A program made the translations under genes and the position numbers. Below are positions 17,762 to 27,542 of a DNA stretch of 64,000 bases, in pieces. Positions within the stretch are counted from its first letter, which is position 1. Every line of letters starts with the position of its first letter. The notes under the pieces were generated by a model. It was given only the letters and a program-made list of their open reading frames with translations, was not told the origin of the DNA and did no database searches. Source of the DNA: a virus (Duplodnaviria > Caudoviricetes); the IMG/VR virus record IMGVR_UViG_3300028888_000063, positions 1 to 64,000 of that record; one strand, given 5' to 3'.

Positions 17762-18364
17762 TTGTCTGATATGGCAACAGCAATTGATAGAGTCGGTTAT
17801 GGTCAAGTTGAACCTAATCATCTTTCAGCTCAAAAGACTGGTCAAATTTACGCACAACTTCCTGCTATGAGCGATGCTACTACTGCAATTACTCATCTTG
17901 AGCAAGGCCAGTTTCTTAAATATAATTATGCCGCAGGACGTGCTTCTTTAGATGGCGATGGCGAGTGGATGCTCGTCTATTGCGAAGAGAAGCTTTATGA
18001 TCCACGGCGTCAAATGCATAAAGACTTTTGCTTAGAAGTTGCACCTACAAGGAACTTAAACACTGTACCTGTAACTGCACAGGGCTTCGGTGAGCAAGGG
18101 TACATTTATCCACGTCTTTTAAAAACCAATATTGGTGATATTTATACAACTAATACTTTTGCAGGTCCTGCTGCAGGTCCTGATGCCGCTGTTACAGGTC
18201 TTTCTTTAACTGCTGGTACTGATTACCTTGAAGTTGACAGTACTACTGGTTACTTAAAGAAAGCCACTTCTTTAGCCGCTGGTACAGCTCCTGTTTTCCA
18301 GGTAGTAAAAGAGTATAATATGCCTGATGGCCAACCTGGCGTCAAAATCATGCGTGTAAAGTAA
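17762..18364 (+). CDS. capsid decoration/cement protein
   Basis: 200-aa beta-rich protein between scaffold and major capsid. Confidence 0.6.
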   Translation: MSDMATAIDRVGYGQVEPNHLSAQKTGQIYAQLPAMSDATTAITHLEQGQFLKYNYAAGRASLDGDGEWMLVYCEEKLYDPRRQMHKDFCLEVAPTRNLNTVPVTAQGFGEQGYIYPRLLKTNIGDIYTTNTFAGPAAGPDAAVTGLSLTAGTDYLEVDSTTGYLKKATSLAAGTAPVFQVVKEYNMPDGQPGVKIMRVK

Positions 18365-18382
18365 TTTAAGGAGGATATTGAA

Positions 18383-19429
18383 ATGGCTTTAGATAGAAAA
18401 CAGTTAATTGAATTAGCTCGCGCAACAGCCAAAGCTTCTTTAAATCCTTCTGCAAGCTTTGCATTTGGCGAGAAAAATTTACAGTTCTCTGCTCTTAATG
18501 AGACTTTCCGTGAGGAATTAAATGGTTTAGCTTCTAGCTACAGAGAATATCAGAATAATAAGAATTTAATTTTCGAGTTAATCGAAGTTGGTTTAGATGA
18601 AGTACTTCCACCTAAAGTGCTTGCACAATATGGTCAGTTCGCTGATGTTCAAACCTTCGCACAAGGTGATCGCCCAGTATTTAAAGTACGTATTAGCGAA
18701 GCTTCTAAGGCTCGTGCCAAGAAAAACTTTGTTACTCGCGTTGGTTTAGCTGGTCGTTATGAAGTCTTTAAACTCGATGGATATTCTGTCGAAGTTCCTA
18801 CTGCTGCATTCGGCGGCGCTGCTCAGATTGGTCTTGAGGAGTTCCTTGATGGCCGTATTACCATGGCTGATGTTTATGACATCGTTCTTGAAGGCATGGA
18901 TGAAGCAGTTTATACTCAAATTGCTAATGCTTTAGCAGTATTTGTTAACCAAGTTCAAGCTAAGAATAAGACTTCTCAAACTAAGTTTGATGAAGCTATT
19001 ATGGATAAATTAATTGCTACAGCAGATGCTTATGGTAAGTCTACTATTTACTGCACTTTTGAATTTGCTGCAACAATGATTCCTGATGATCGTTGGGCTT
19101 CCAATGATATGAAGCAGGAGAGATGGGATGTTGGTTATTACACCAGATATAAGGGACATAATGTTATCATTCTCCCACAGTCTTTTGAAGATACTACTAA
19201 TGCTGTGAAGGTCATTGATCCTTCTTATGCTTACATTATTCCTACTGGCTCTGATAAGCCTGTTAAGGTCGCTTTCGAGGGTGAAACTCTCGTTCGTGAA
19301 GTTCCTCAAAAGGGTAATGAGGACTGGTCTCAAGAGATCCAGACCTATCGTAAGTTTGGTGTAGCTGTTATTGCTCAAAATCCTGGTATTTGTGTCTATC
19401 GTAACTCTTCGTTACTCAAGACTAACTAA
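18383..19429 (+). CDS. major capsid protein
   Basis: 348 aa, strongly biased codon usage, position, followed by terminator. Confidence 0.8.
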   Translation: MALDRKQLIELARATAKASLNPSASFAFGEKNLQFSALNETFREELNGLASSYREYQNNKNLIFELIEVGLDEVLPPKVLAQYGQFADVQTFAQGDRPVFKVRISEASKARAKKNFVTRVGLAGRYEVFKLDGYSVEVPTAAFGGAAQIGLEEFLDGRITMADVYDIVLEGMDEAVYTQIANALAVFVNQVQAKNKTSQTKFDEAIMDKLIATADAYGKSTIYCTFEFAATMIPDDRWASNDMKQERWDVGYYTRYKGHNVIILPQSFEDTTNAVKVIDPSYAYIIPTGSDKPVKVAFEGETLVREVPQKGNEDWSQEIQTYRKFGVAVIAQNPGICVYRNSSLLKTN

Positions 19430-19442
19430 TAAAACCACTTAC

Positions 19443-19480
19443 ACGGGAGATAATTGAATATATTATCTCCCGTTTTTTTT
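19443..19480 (+). terminator. rho-independent terminator
   Basis: ACGGGAGATAAT...ATTATCTCCCGT plus T-run. Confidence 0.85.
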
Positions 19481-19503
19481 ATAGGAGAAAAAAGGAGTTT
19501 ATT

Positions 19504-20085
19504 ATGATTGATAGAAATTTAGAAGTAAAAGTAACTAATCGAAAAGGTTGTTCTGTTGGTTATACGATTGATGAAATGGGCGGTCTCCGCAGACAATTTC
19601 AACCGGGTGAGACTAAAATTTTAACCTATGAGGAGTTAGAAAAGTTATCTTGGATACCTGGTGGAAAAGTATTGTTAGATGAATATTTAATTATTCAAAA
19701 TCCAGAAGTTCTTCAAGCTTTAATGGGTGAAGATGTTCAACCAGAGTATTATTATAATGAAGCGGAAGTTAAAGAATTATTACTTAATGGTACAATTGCA
19801 CAGTTTATGGACTGTTTAGATTTTGCTCCAGAAGGAGTTTTAGATTTAGTCAAAAAATTAGCAGTTGAATTACCTTGTAATAATATGGAGAAATTACGTC
19901 TGATTGAGGAAAAATTAGGATTTAATGTTATCAATGCTATTGATTTAATGAAAGAGGATGAGGCGGAAACTAAGCCAGAAGTAGAACCTGCGGCAACCGG
20001 TAAAACTGGTGTGCGGAGATCCGCGCCAGTAACAGTAACAGAAAATTCTGAAGAAAAAGTTTCTCGCTATAAAATAACAAAATAA
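19504..20085 (+). CDS. head-module hypothetical protein
   Basis: 193-aa ORF with strong RBS after capsid. Confidence 0.7.
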   Translation: MIDRNLEVKVTNRKGCSVGYTIDEMGGLRRQFQPGETKILTYEELEKLSWIPGGKVLLDEYLIIQNPEVLQALMGEDVQPEYYYNEAEVKELLLNGTIAQFMDCLDFAPEGVLDLVKKLAVELPCNNMEKLRLIEEKLGFNVINAIDLMKEDEAETKPEVEPAATGKTGVRRSAPVTVTENSEEKVSRYKITK

Positions 20086-20104
20086 AATATTTTGAGGAGG
20101 ATTA

Positions 20105-20722
20105 TTGATTATGCCACCTGAATCTGTTAATTATACCTCCTTTGTAGATGTTTATAACAGTTTCTATTCCAAAATTACAGATGATATGTATATGGAATAT
20201 ACAGAAGAAGATACTGCAGCAATGGCTCAAGATCTTCTTCTGACTGCAGTACATAAATTTGAATTTCCTAGAAAACCATTACATTATGTTTTGGATTTCT
20301 TAGACGTTGAAGCTGAAGATGGTACAACCTATAAAACTGGTATTTTTACGTCTCTTTTGAACCCAGAAGAAATCAACATTATAGCTACATATATGGTTGT
20401 AGAATGGTTAGGACAACAGCTTGCTTCTATTGAAAATACTCGTATGAAGTATAGCGGTTCTGATTTTAAATTTACTTCTCAAGCAAACCATATGCAAAAA
20501 CTTTTGCAAATGAAGAAGGATTATGAGCGAGAAGGGTTCCATCTTCAAAGATTATATAAACGTAGATTTAAAGATATTAATGGTGTATATCATTCTAATA
20601 TGACGAAGATCATGCAGCCTTTGCATGCTTTACCCACTGAGGCGGGCGGGCCTCCTCCAAGTGAAAATCCTGATGATTCCTATTGGCAGATGGAGGGGCC
20701 AGAATATTGGTATGATTTTTAA
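20105..20722 (+). CDS. head-tail adaptor-like protein
   Basis: Helical; position; SDFKFTSQANH segment. Confidence 0.55.
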   Translation: MIMPPESVNYTSFVDVYNSFYSKITDDMYMEYTEEDTAAMAQDLLLTAVHKFEFPRKPLHYVLDFLDVEAEDGTTYKTGIFTSLLNPEEINIIATYMVVEWLGQQLASIENTRMKYSGSDFKFTSQANHMQKLLQMKKDYEREGFHLQRLYKRRFKDINGVYHSNMTKIMQPLHALPTEAGGPPPSENPDDSYWQMEGPEYWYDF

Positions 20723-20735
20723 GGGGTGTATATAA

Positions 20736-21056
20736 TTGTTAACGAAATATGGATTAGATATACCCCTTGAAATAGTACAAATTAGTTTAAAACGTATTAT
20801 CAATCAAGTGTATAAATTACTTCCTATGCGAGAGGAGCATGAAGATTGGGTCAAGCCGTTAGAAACTATTATTGAAGAATTAACAGGCATGGAAAGATTG
20901 CTGATTGAACAAAATGATTGGGCAACTTTTTTTACTTTATTATGTAAATTAGAAGGGTTATTTAGTTTAACTGAAGATAAGGATTTTAGTTTGTATAGAC
21001 GAACTATTTTTGAGTGTCTTGGGTTGCTAAATAATATGAAAAAATATGGCACTTGA
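20736..21056 (+). CDS. neck-region hypothetical protein
   Basis: 106-aa ORF in operon. Confidence 0.6.
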   Translation: MLTKYGLDIPLEIVQISLKRIINQVYKLLPMREEHEDWVKPLETIIEELTGMERLLIEQNDWATFFTLLCKLEGLFSLTEDKDFSLYRRTIFECLGLLNNMKKYGT

Positions 21057-22374
21057 ATTAAGTAAAATGCGGAGACGCGTAGGTTATTGGGGCGAAACTA
21101 AACGCATTGATTCAGAAGGTAATGAAGTTCCAAAAGGCGAATTAGGAGATTATAAGAAACCTACAGATAATCATAGCCAATGGGTGAGAATGAGGCAAGA
21201 CAAATTACGTGCTTTAATGAGAGCATTACATTTTTCTTATCAGGCGGCGATAGTCCAAAAGTATGATGTGAGTGCCGATAGTGAAGCTCGTTTATTAATT
21301 GCATTTGCAACAAAATTAGAAAAATTAGCTAGTTTAACTACTACAGAAAAAGCTGCTTTATGGGAGCAGTTAGCCAAAGTAGAAGAATCATATCCAGAAT
21401 TAGTTGAATATGATAGAGAGTCACCAGAATATATTTTCGCATTACAAGAATTAGCAGATGAGCAATCAGAAACTTCTCCTTATTTTAGGTGTTTAATTAA
21501 TCATGATAAACTTAAAGTAGATTATGAAGATAAAGTTATCGCTATCCCATTTGAAGAAAATACTGTAACAATTGATCCAGTTAAAGATAATAAAGATATT
21601 GTAGAAACAGGATTCCATAATGGAACAGTATTTAAATGGGTTCATGGGAATAAAGAAGAGTGGACTCCAGATACTTATTGGATTGTTTATATGCAATATT
21701 CTGAAGAAACAGCATATTTCCGCGGAGAAATTAGAAAAGCAGATCAAGAGATAGAAATTATTGTTATTGATGACGATGGAAACGCTAATACATTAGTTTA
21801 TAGAGGCTGGATGACTGGCCCAAATGAAACTAATACTCTTTGGAACACAAAGCATGGTATATCTTGGAATGATTTAAATTATACGAAACAGTTATTTATT
21901 ACAAAAGATGAAAATACAGCAGTATTTTTTGAACGGTTTGATAGAGTTATTATAAACGGGCAACCTTGGGAAATACAAGCTTATAATGAAAATTATGGCA
22001 CTAATTCTTCAAATCCAAATACTGGTATTATTCGTGTAGCACTTAAAGAAACTTATACTACAACTGAAGAAGTTTTAAAAGAGCGGGCTGCAGAAGAGGC
22101 GGCCAGGGCCGAAGCAGGTACTCCCGCGATAATTGGGGCTGAAGTACTCGCGCCTTATGATACAGCAGTTTATTCTGTTGAAAATCTTGGTGAAGGATCT
22201 TGGACTGTTGAGGCCGTCGAAGGAAGTTCTAAAACTATTAATGAATTAGTTTCTTATTCTGTTGATTCTAATAATGTTTTACATTTAGAAATTATCATAG
22301 GCAAATCTTTTAAAACTGGTTTTAATATAAAATATGGTGATTTTGTTAAGCATGTAACTATAAAATCACTTTAA
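21046..22374 (+). CDS. head-closure/neck protein
   Basis: 442 aa, beta-rich C-terminal half, neck position. Confidence 0.5.
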   Translation: MALELSKMRRRVGYWGETKRIDSEGNEVPKGELGDYKKPTDNHSQWVRMRQDKLRALMRALHFSYQAAIVQKYDVSADSEARLLIAFATKLEKLASLTTTEKAALWEQLAKVEESYPELVEYDRESPEYIFALQELADEQSETSPYFRCLINHDKLKVDYEDKVIAIPFEENTVTIDPVKDNKDIVETGFHNGTVFKWVHGNKEEWTPDTYWIVYMQYSEETAYFRGEIRKADQEIEIIVIDDDGNANTLVYRGWMTGPNETNTLWNTKHGISWNDLNYTKQLFITKDENTAVFFERFDRVIINGQPWEIQAYNENYGTNSSNPNTGIIRVALKETYTTTEEVLKERAAEEAARAEAGTPAIIGAEVLAPYDTAVYSVENLGEGSWTVEAVEGSSKTINELVSYSVDSNNVLHLEIIIGKSFKTGFNIKYGDFVKHVTIKSL

Positions 22375-22390
22375 TAAAAAAGGAGGAAAT

Positions 22391-23026
22391 ATGAGAAAAG
22401 ATTTAGTTAAAATTCAACCTTTACGTTCCTCTTTTTTATCATGCGAGAAGGACACAGAAGTAATTCTTAAAGCTTTATTTGTGGAATCTAAACCATATAG
22501 TGATTATTTAAAAAGATTATTATTAATTAATGAACCAGATTGTTTAGATATGACAAATCAAGAATATCAAAAGTATATTGATAGTTATTCTTTAGGAAAA
22601 TTACTTAAAGAAGGATATGTACGTTTAGATCCTAAAATTAAACGTACTACTTTTGAAAATGTTAAGTCATATATTTATATTTATTTTGATGATTTTGCTC
22701 CAAGCAAAAACCCAGAATTCAGAGATGCTACTATTTATATAATGGTAGTATGTTATTTAGATGAATGGGTTTTAGATGATTATATTGTGCGGCCGCTGAA
22801 AATTTGCGGTTTTATTGATGGTATTTTAAATAGTTTAACTGATAAAAATAAAAAGATTTTTAATAGCAAAGGCAATAATATAAAATTGTCTGGATTTGGA
22901 GAATATGAATTTATGGCTTGTGTGCAAGGTATAAATAATGAAGATATTTCATTATATACTTTAGCATATCGAGGAACTCACTTTACTGAAGATAATGAGA
23001 AATTTGGTGAAGTTGAGAAAAAATGA
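22391..23026 (+). CDS. tail terminator/completion-like protein
   Basis: 211 aa, upstream of major tail gene. Confidence 0.5.
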   Translation: MRKDLVKIQPLRSSFLSCEKDTEVILKALFVESKPYSDYLKRLLLINEPDCLDMTNQEYQKYIDSYSLGKLLKEGYVRLDPKIKRTTFENVKSYIYIYFDDFAPSKNPEFRDATIYIMVVCYLDEWVLDDYIVRPLKICGFIDGILNSLTDKNKKIFNSKGNNIKLSGFGEYEFMACVQGINNEDISLYTLAYRGTHFTEDNEKFGEVEKK

Positions 23027-23796
23027 TTAGTAGTTTATTATTACTTTCTAATAATGACATCCCTTTTATCTCAGCTCAATTAACAATTCATCAACCTACC
23101 ATTAAAGAAATAAGTTTAATAGGAGAAGATACTTTTTTTACTGGCATTCAAACTTTAATGATTAAAAAAGAAAATCTTGCAGAAATTCCTCCAGAATATT
23201 ATGATAAAATTTCTAATTTAGATATTCTGTTGAAAATAGGAAGAGATAGAGATTTATCTTCTAGACAAAGTAAGGCATGTGTTTTAGCTCTCTTAACACT
23301 AATGTTTCCAGATTATAAAGTATCTTTAGCTCCTACTAAGTTATTTTTAGAAGATGCTGATAAACAACAGCATGAAATTACTGGGGAAAGTTTTGATGAA
23401 TTACAGCAAATTGTTGAAGATATGTTTTGTGTGAATCTCCTTGGGGGTGGGAAACCTTTACCTGAGTATAATCCTGCAGATGCGCGGGCTGCCGCCATTG
23501 CTAACAAAATTAAAAAAGGTAGAGATAAACTTGCGGAAATAAAAGCTTCACAAAACAATGGGCAGAAAATTACAATTTTGTCTCGTTATATTTCAATATT
23601 AGCTGTAGGGGAACAAAAAGACATTAATGCTTTGATGCAATATAATGTTTATCAATTATTTGATGAATTTACTCGTTTTAGTTTAAGAGAGCAATCTGAC
23701 TTTTATCTCGATGCTAAAATGGCTGGCGCAAAAGATCTACAACCCGTAGATAATTGGATGAAAGATATCCATTCTGCAAGCGCTGAAAATAATTAA
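23023..23796 (+). CDS. tail assembly protein (chaperone-like)
   Basis: 257 aa, helical, ATGA-coupled. Confidence 0.5.
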   Translation: MISSLLLLSNNDIPFISAQLTIHQPTIKEISLIGEDTFFTGIQTLMIKKENLAEIPPEYYDKISNLDILLKIGRDRDLSSRQSKACVLALLTLMFPDYKVSLAPTKLFLEDADKQQHEITGESFDELQQIVEDMFCVNLLGGGKPLPEYNPADARAAAIANKIKKGRDKLAEIKASQNNGQKITILSRYISILAVGEQKDINALMQYNVYQLFDEFTRFSLREQSDFYLDAKMAGAKDLQPVDNWMKDIHSASAENN

Positions 23797-23812
23797 AAGG
23801 AGAAAATTTGCT

Positions 23813-24817
23813 ATGAAGTTTGGTGTTCGCGAATGCGCAAATGTCGTTTTCCGTGCAAAACAAGCAGTTAAAATTGGTACCCAAACTTTTAACGTTGGGC
23901 AACCAGTTCTTTATATTGATACAGCAACTACTTCCTCAATGGAACAAGCATCCACCACTAGTTACGCACAGGGCGGACGTGGTAATGTTCGTTTAATTGC
24001 TTGGGAAGGTGATAAAACCTTAACCTTTACTCTTACTGACGCTTTACTTTCACCTATTGGTTTCCATATCCTTTCTGGTGCTGGCTTATTCAAGAAGGGC
24101 GACGGTAATCAAGGTACTGAAACCGATGATATGGTTCACTTCCATATGACCACTTATGCAAGCTCTAATGCTACTGGTAAGATTGATCTTACTGATGCTA
24201 TTGCAGAGTTTGGTGCTAAGGCAAAAGTTTGTGCAGCTGACGCTCCTCTCTTTGTTCTTGGTATTGACGATGATGGTTCTTTAACTGGTGAAGTTATTAC
24301 CGGTGCTTCTATCGTTTCTGAAGGCGATGATGCAAATAAAGCTATCCAACTTGATATTACTGGTGCTAATGCAAGCAATGCTAATAGAAACTACATGGTT
24401 GACTATTACATTGATCTTCCTGGCGCAGAAGTTTGGGAAGCTGATATTACTCCTGATACCTTTGCAGGTTATTACTATGTTGAAGCAGATACCCTCTTCC
24501 GTAGACAGTCAGATGGTAAAGACTTACCTGCTAACTTAACCTTCCCGAACGTTAAGATTCAGTCTAACTTTACAATTACCATGGCTGGTACTGGTGATCC
24601 TTCTAGCTTTACCTTCACAATGGACGCTTTCCCTGGATATACTTACTTTGATAAGTCCAAGAAAGTTCTTTGTGTAATGCAAATCGCTGGTGATATCGCA
24701 GCTGCTGATGCTGCTGAGAAGGACTATGGTAATCCTGTTATGCCTCATAATAATATTATTGAGCATGCGGATCCACTTAATAGTGATTCTGTAGAGGATA
24801 ACGACTCGGGGGAATAA
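23813..24817 (+). CDS. major tail (tube) protein
   Basis: 334 aa, high-expression codon bias, C-terminal FPNVKIQSNFTITM...GDPSSFTFTMD tube-like motif. Confidence 0.8.
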   Translation: MKFGVRECANVVFRAKQAVKIGTQTFNVGQPVLYIDTATTSSMEQASTTSYAQGGRGNVRLIAWEGDKTLTFTLTDALLSPIGFHILSGAGLFKKGDGNQGTETDDMVHFHMTTYASSNATGKIDLTDAIAEFGAKAKVCAADAPLFVLGIDDDGSLTGEVITGASIVSEGDDANKAIQLDITGANASNANRNYMVDYYIDLPGAEVWEADITPDTFAGYYYVEADTLFRRQSDGKDLPANLTFPNVKIQSNFTITMAGTGDPSSFTFTMDAFPGYTYFDKSKKVLCVMQIAGDIAAADAAEKDYGNPVMPHNNIIEHADPLNSDSVEDNDSGE

Positions 24818-25236
24818 ACAACGGTGGTAGTGGCGGTTCTGGCTCCGATGAACCGGGAGGTTCTGACGAGCCAGGCGGTTCTGATACGCCAGGTGGATCA
24901 GATGAACCGGGCGGCGGCGACAGTGGTGGAGGAACAACTCCAGATGATACCGATACCATGACTGACCCTGACCCTGATAATGCTAATACATTATCTGTCT
25001 CTCCATCTGATCTTGGTAGACTTGCCATCCGAGGAACGGCAATAATCAGAACTTATGCCGACGGCATTAGAGTGCTTGACCCAGCTAGTGCCGGTATTAC
25101 CTTTAGCTCTGCTGATCCAAGTGTCGCTACTGTTGCAGCAGATGGTACAGTTACAGGTGTTGCTTCTGGTAATACTACTATTACCATTTCTTACCTTGGT
25201 CAAACAATTACAGTTAACGTTGAAGTTCATAGTTAA
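24811..25236 (+). CDS. -1 frameshift extension of major tail protein: Gly/Ser/Pro/Asp linker plus Ig-like (Big_2) domain
   Basis: -1 frame open 24802-25236; slippery GGGGGAA 24808-24814 before TAA; ITFSSADPSVATVAADGTVTGV Big_2 signature; no RBS for ATG 24958. Confidence 0.75.
   Translation, partial: GINNGGSGGSGSDEPGGSDEPGGSDTPGGSDEPGGGDSGGGTTPDDTDTMTDPDPDNANTLSVSPSDLGRLAIRGTAIIRTYADGIRVLDPASAGITFSSADPSVATVAADGTVTGVASGNTTITISYLGQTITVNVEVHS
24838..24915 (+). repeat. 18-bp tandem repeat encoding (GGSDEP)-like x4 linker
   Basis: GSDEPG/GSDEPG/GSDTPG/GSDEPG in the -1 frame. Confidence 0.75.
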
Positions 25237-25249
25237 CTTTAAAAATATA

Positions 25250-25280
25250 AAATGGGAGACATTATTGTCTCCCATTTTTT
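25250..25280 (+). terminator. rho-independent terminator
   Basis: ATGGGAGACA-loop-TGTCTCCCAT plus T-run. Confidence 0.85.
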
Positions 25281-25298
25281 GTTTAAGTAGGTGATAGA

Positions 25299-26795
25299 AT
25301 GTCAGCAATTGGTGATTATGTTCACTTTCATACTATTAATTATATAAAATGGGGTATTAATCATGTTGGCGTAGGCGGGTCTTCTGCGGGAGATGCAGGA
25401 GTGTTAGCGCAAGCTCAATTAAATAAAATAAATGCTTCTATCGCTATGTTTAATAAAGGTTTTACTGCTAATCAACGAATGGATTTAGCAACAAAATTAA
25501 CATATTTAATGCGTCCACCCCAAGATGGAAAATTATATAAGGCAGGAACTTCAGCAGAAGAATATAATGCAATTTGGAATTCTTTAATGGGGTTTTTTGA
25601 GACTGAATTTGGGGATGCGGCCGCCCGTGTTGAAAGAGCGACAGCTAATATCTTTTCTGGTGTAACTATTCCAGATTTTAAAAAAATTAAACCTGAAAAA
25701 ACAGCGCAGAATATTAAAGCAAGCACAATTCAATCTCGTATAGATCAGCTTTATAATGCATTACGGAATCCAGATGGGATGTACACTCAAGCAGAATTAA
25801 ATACATTAGCACAAACTGTTAATCAAATTGAGCAAATTAAAAACAGTTTAACTGCGGAAGCCCAACAAAAATTAGCAAATGTAGGTGCTGATTCAAATGC
25901 TTTATTAGCCTTAGAGGATACTAAAGATTTGATTAAAGCGATTAATTCTGCGGTTGCCGCTAGTAGTGGTGTTACAAATCTTCAAAAAGGTACTTTATTT
26001 GAATATATGGTTGCAGTAGCACCATTAATTGGGAAAGGATTGGTTGGGGAAGCATTACAACAGGCTATTGGAGATGCGATATCTGGAGTCGTTGGTACAT
26101 CTGGGAAAACTTCTGTTACTTTTGATCCTAAAGATTTTGATTCAAATGCCGATTTAGGTGGAGTGTTAGGAAATAACTATAGTTTTAATATAAATTCTAA
26201 TTTATATGAAAGTAATCATGCGACGCAGGATAAAGTTGATGTTAATTTACAAATGAATCCATGTGAACCTACTATTGGAGTATCCGCTAAAAATATTAAT
26301 TTAATGGGAGCTAATTCACGTGGAGTCCATGTAGTTAGTAGTGCATCTTTATTAGCTATGCTAGCTAATATTGGCGATAATGCATTTGTAACTCATTATT
26401 TAAATCAGCATTGTTTTGGCAGTGGTGGTTTATCATATTATTCTGGGATGGGTAATATGGGATCTATTTATAGTAGTAGTGCGGATATATTAAAATTAAG
26501 TATTATTCAACAAGCTTTACAAGGTTATAAGCGCGGAGTTGAGCAAGCGGACGTGTTCATTATTAATGATAATACTAGTGGAAATATTAGAATTTATAAT
26601 ATGTCAGATTTATTACAAAAAATTATGAGTACCGGAATAGTTAGTGATTTTGTAAATATGGAACCAGATTTAAATAGTATTAGTTTATCTAATACTTGGA
26701 ATGAAGGCTCTTATGCGGCTCGTATTACAAGTATATTAGCTCAAATACAAAGTTATAAGGTTACTGTAACTTTATTACCAGGATTGTTCTTCTGA
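25299..26795 (+). CDS. tail-module protein with possible nuclease-like C-terminal domain
   Basis: 498 aa; KGTLFE...KVDV...GVSAKN pattern. Confidence 0.55.
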   Translation: MSAIGDYVHFHTINYIKWGINHVGVGGSSAGDAGVLAQAQLNKINASIAMFNKGFTANQRMDLATKLTYLMRPPQDGKLYKAGTSAEEYNAIWNSLMGFFETEFGDAAARVERATANIFSGVTIPDFKKIKPEKTAQNIKASTIQSRIDQLYNALRNPDGMYTQAELNTLAQTVNQIEQIKNSLTAEAQQKLANVGADSNALLALEDTKDLIKAINSAVAASSGVTNLQKGTLFEYMVAVAPLIGKGLVGEALQQAIGDAISGVVGTSGKTSVTFDPKDFDSNADLGGVLGNNYSFNINSNLYESNHATQDKVDVNLQMNPCEPTIGVSAKNINLMGANSRGVHVVSSASLLAMLANIGDNAFVTHYLNQHCFGSGGLSYYSGMGNMGSIYSSSADILKLSIIQQALQGYKRGVEQADVFIINDNTSGNIRIYNMSDLLQKIMSTGIVSDFVNMEPDLNSISLSNTWNEGSYAARITSILAQIQSYKVTVTLLPGLFF

Positions 26796-26801
26796 AAAAT
26801 C

Positions 26802-26830
26802 TTGACAAAGTAAAATTTTTAGAGTATAAT
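26802..26830 (+). promoter_or_regulatory. sigma70-type promoter
   Basis: TTGACA-17-TATAAT. Confidence 0.8.
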
Positions 26831-26866
26831 ATTTATAAAGAAATGAGTTAAAAGGAGAAAAAAGTT

Positions 26867-27448
26867 ATGGCTGCTGTTTCTTTTACTAATCTTAAATTGA
26901 ATATTAACAAGGATGTAAATATTGTAGATTTTAATGGTACAAAAATTGAAGTATTACAATATTTACCAATTGAAGATAAAAAAGATTTAGTACAAATTGC
27001 TCTTCAAAAGAGTTATGAAGATGGAATTTATAATGATATTTTATTGGATATTTATTTCCATTTAAATATTGTTTATTTATATACTAATTTAAATATTACT
27101 GATAAACAAAAGGAAGATGAGTTTAAGCTTTATGATAAAATAAAGAGTAGCGGACTGCTCGATGTTATTCTTGATGGAGTAGATGATATGGAATATAAAT
27201 ATCTCTATGATAGTCTTGAAAAAGCAGTTGCTGATCATATGGCTTATAAGAATAGTGCGGCAGGTGTTGTGCAGAATATTATCCAGGATCTTCCTGGCAA
27301 TGCAGCTGCAGCTGCAGAATTTATTAATAGTTTTGATGCTGAGAAGTATCAAAATGTTCAAGACATGATTAGGATGGCTCAGAGTAGTGGTATGACTCCA
27401 CCAGCTCCCGCGCCAAAATTAGTTCCTTTTGAAGAAATTAAAAAGTAA
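26867..27448 (+). CDS. tail assembly chaperone (probable)
   Basis: 193-aa helical protein immediately upstream of tape measure. Confidence 0.6.
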   Translation: MAAVSFTNLKLNINKDVNIVDFNGTKIEVLQYLPIEDKKDLVQIALQKSYEDGIYNDILLDIYFHLNIVYLYTNLNITDKQKEDEFKLYDKIKSSGLLDVILDGVDDMEYKYLYDSLEKAVADHMAYKNSAAGVVQNIIQDLPGNAAAAAEFINSFDAEKYQNVQDMIRMAQSSGMTPPAPAPKLVPFEEIKK

Positions 27449-27542
27449 TGGTCACAATTAAATAATTTGGTTGCTTCTATTTACATTTTTATGTAGATAG
27501 AAGCAATTTTTTTGCTTTAGGAAATAAAAGGAGGTTGACGAT

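Noticed and set aside
24536-25308. Minus-strand ORFs over the tail gene and linker
   Set aside because: Shadows of the GC-rich repeat linker and Ig domain on the + strand
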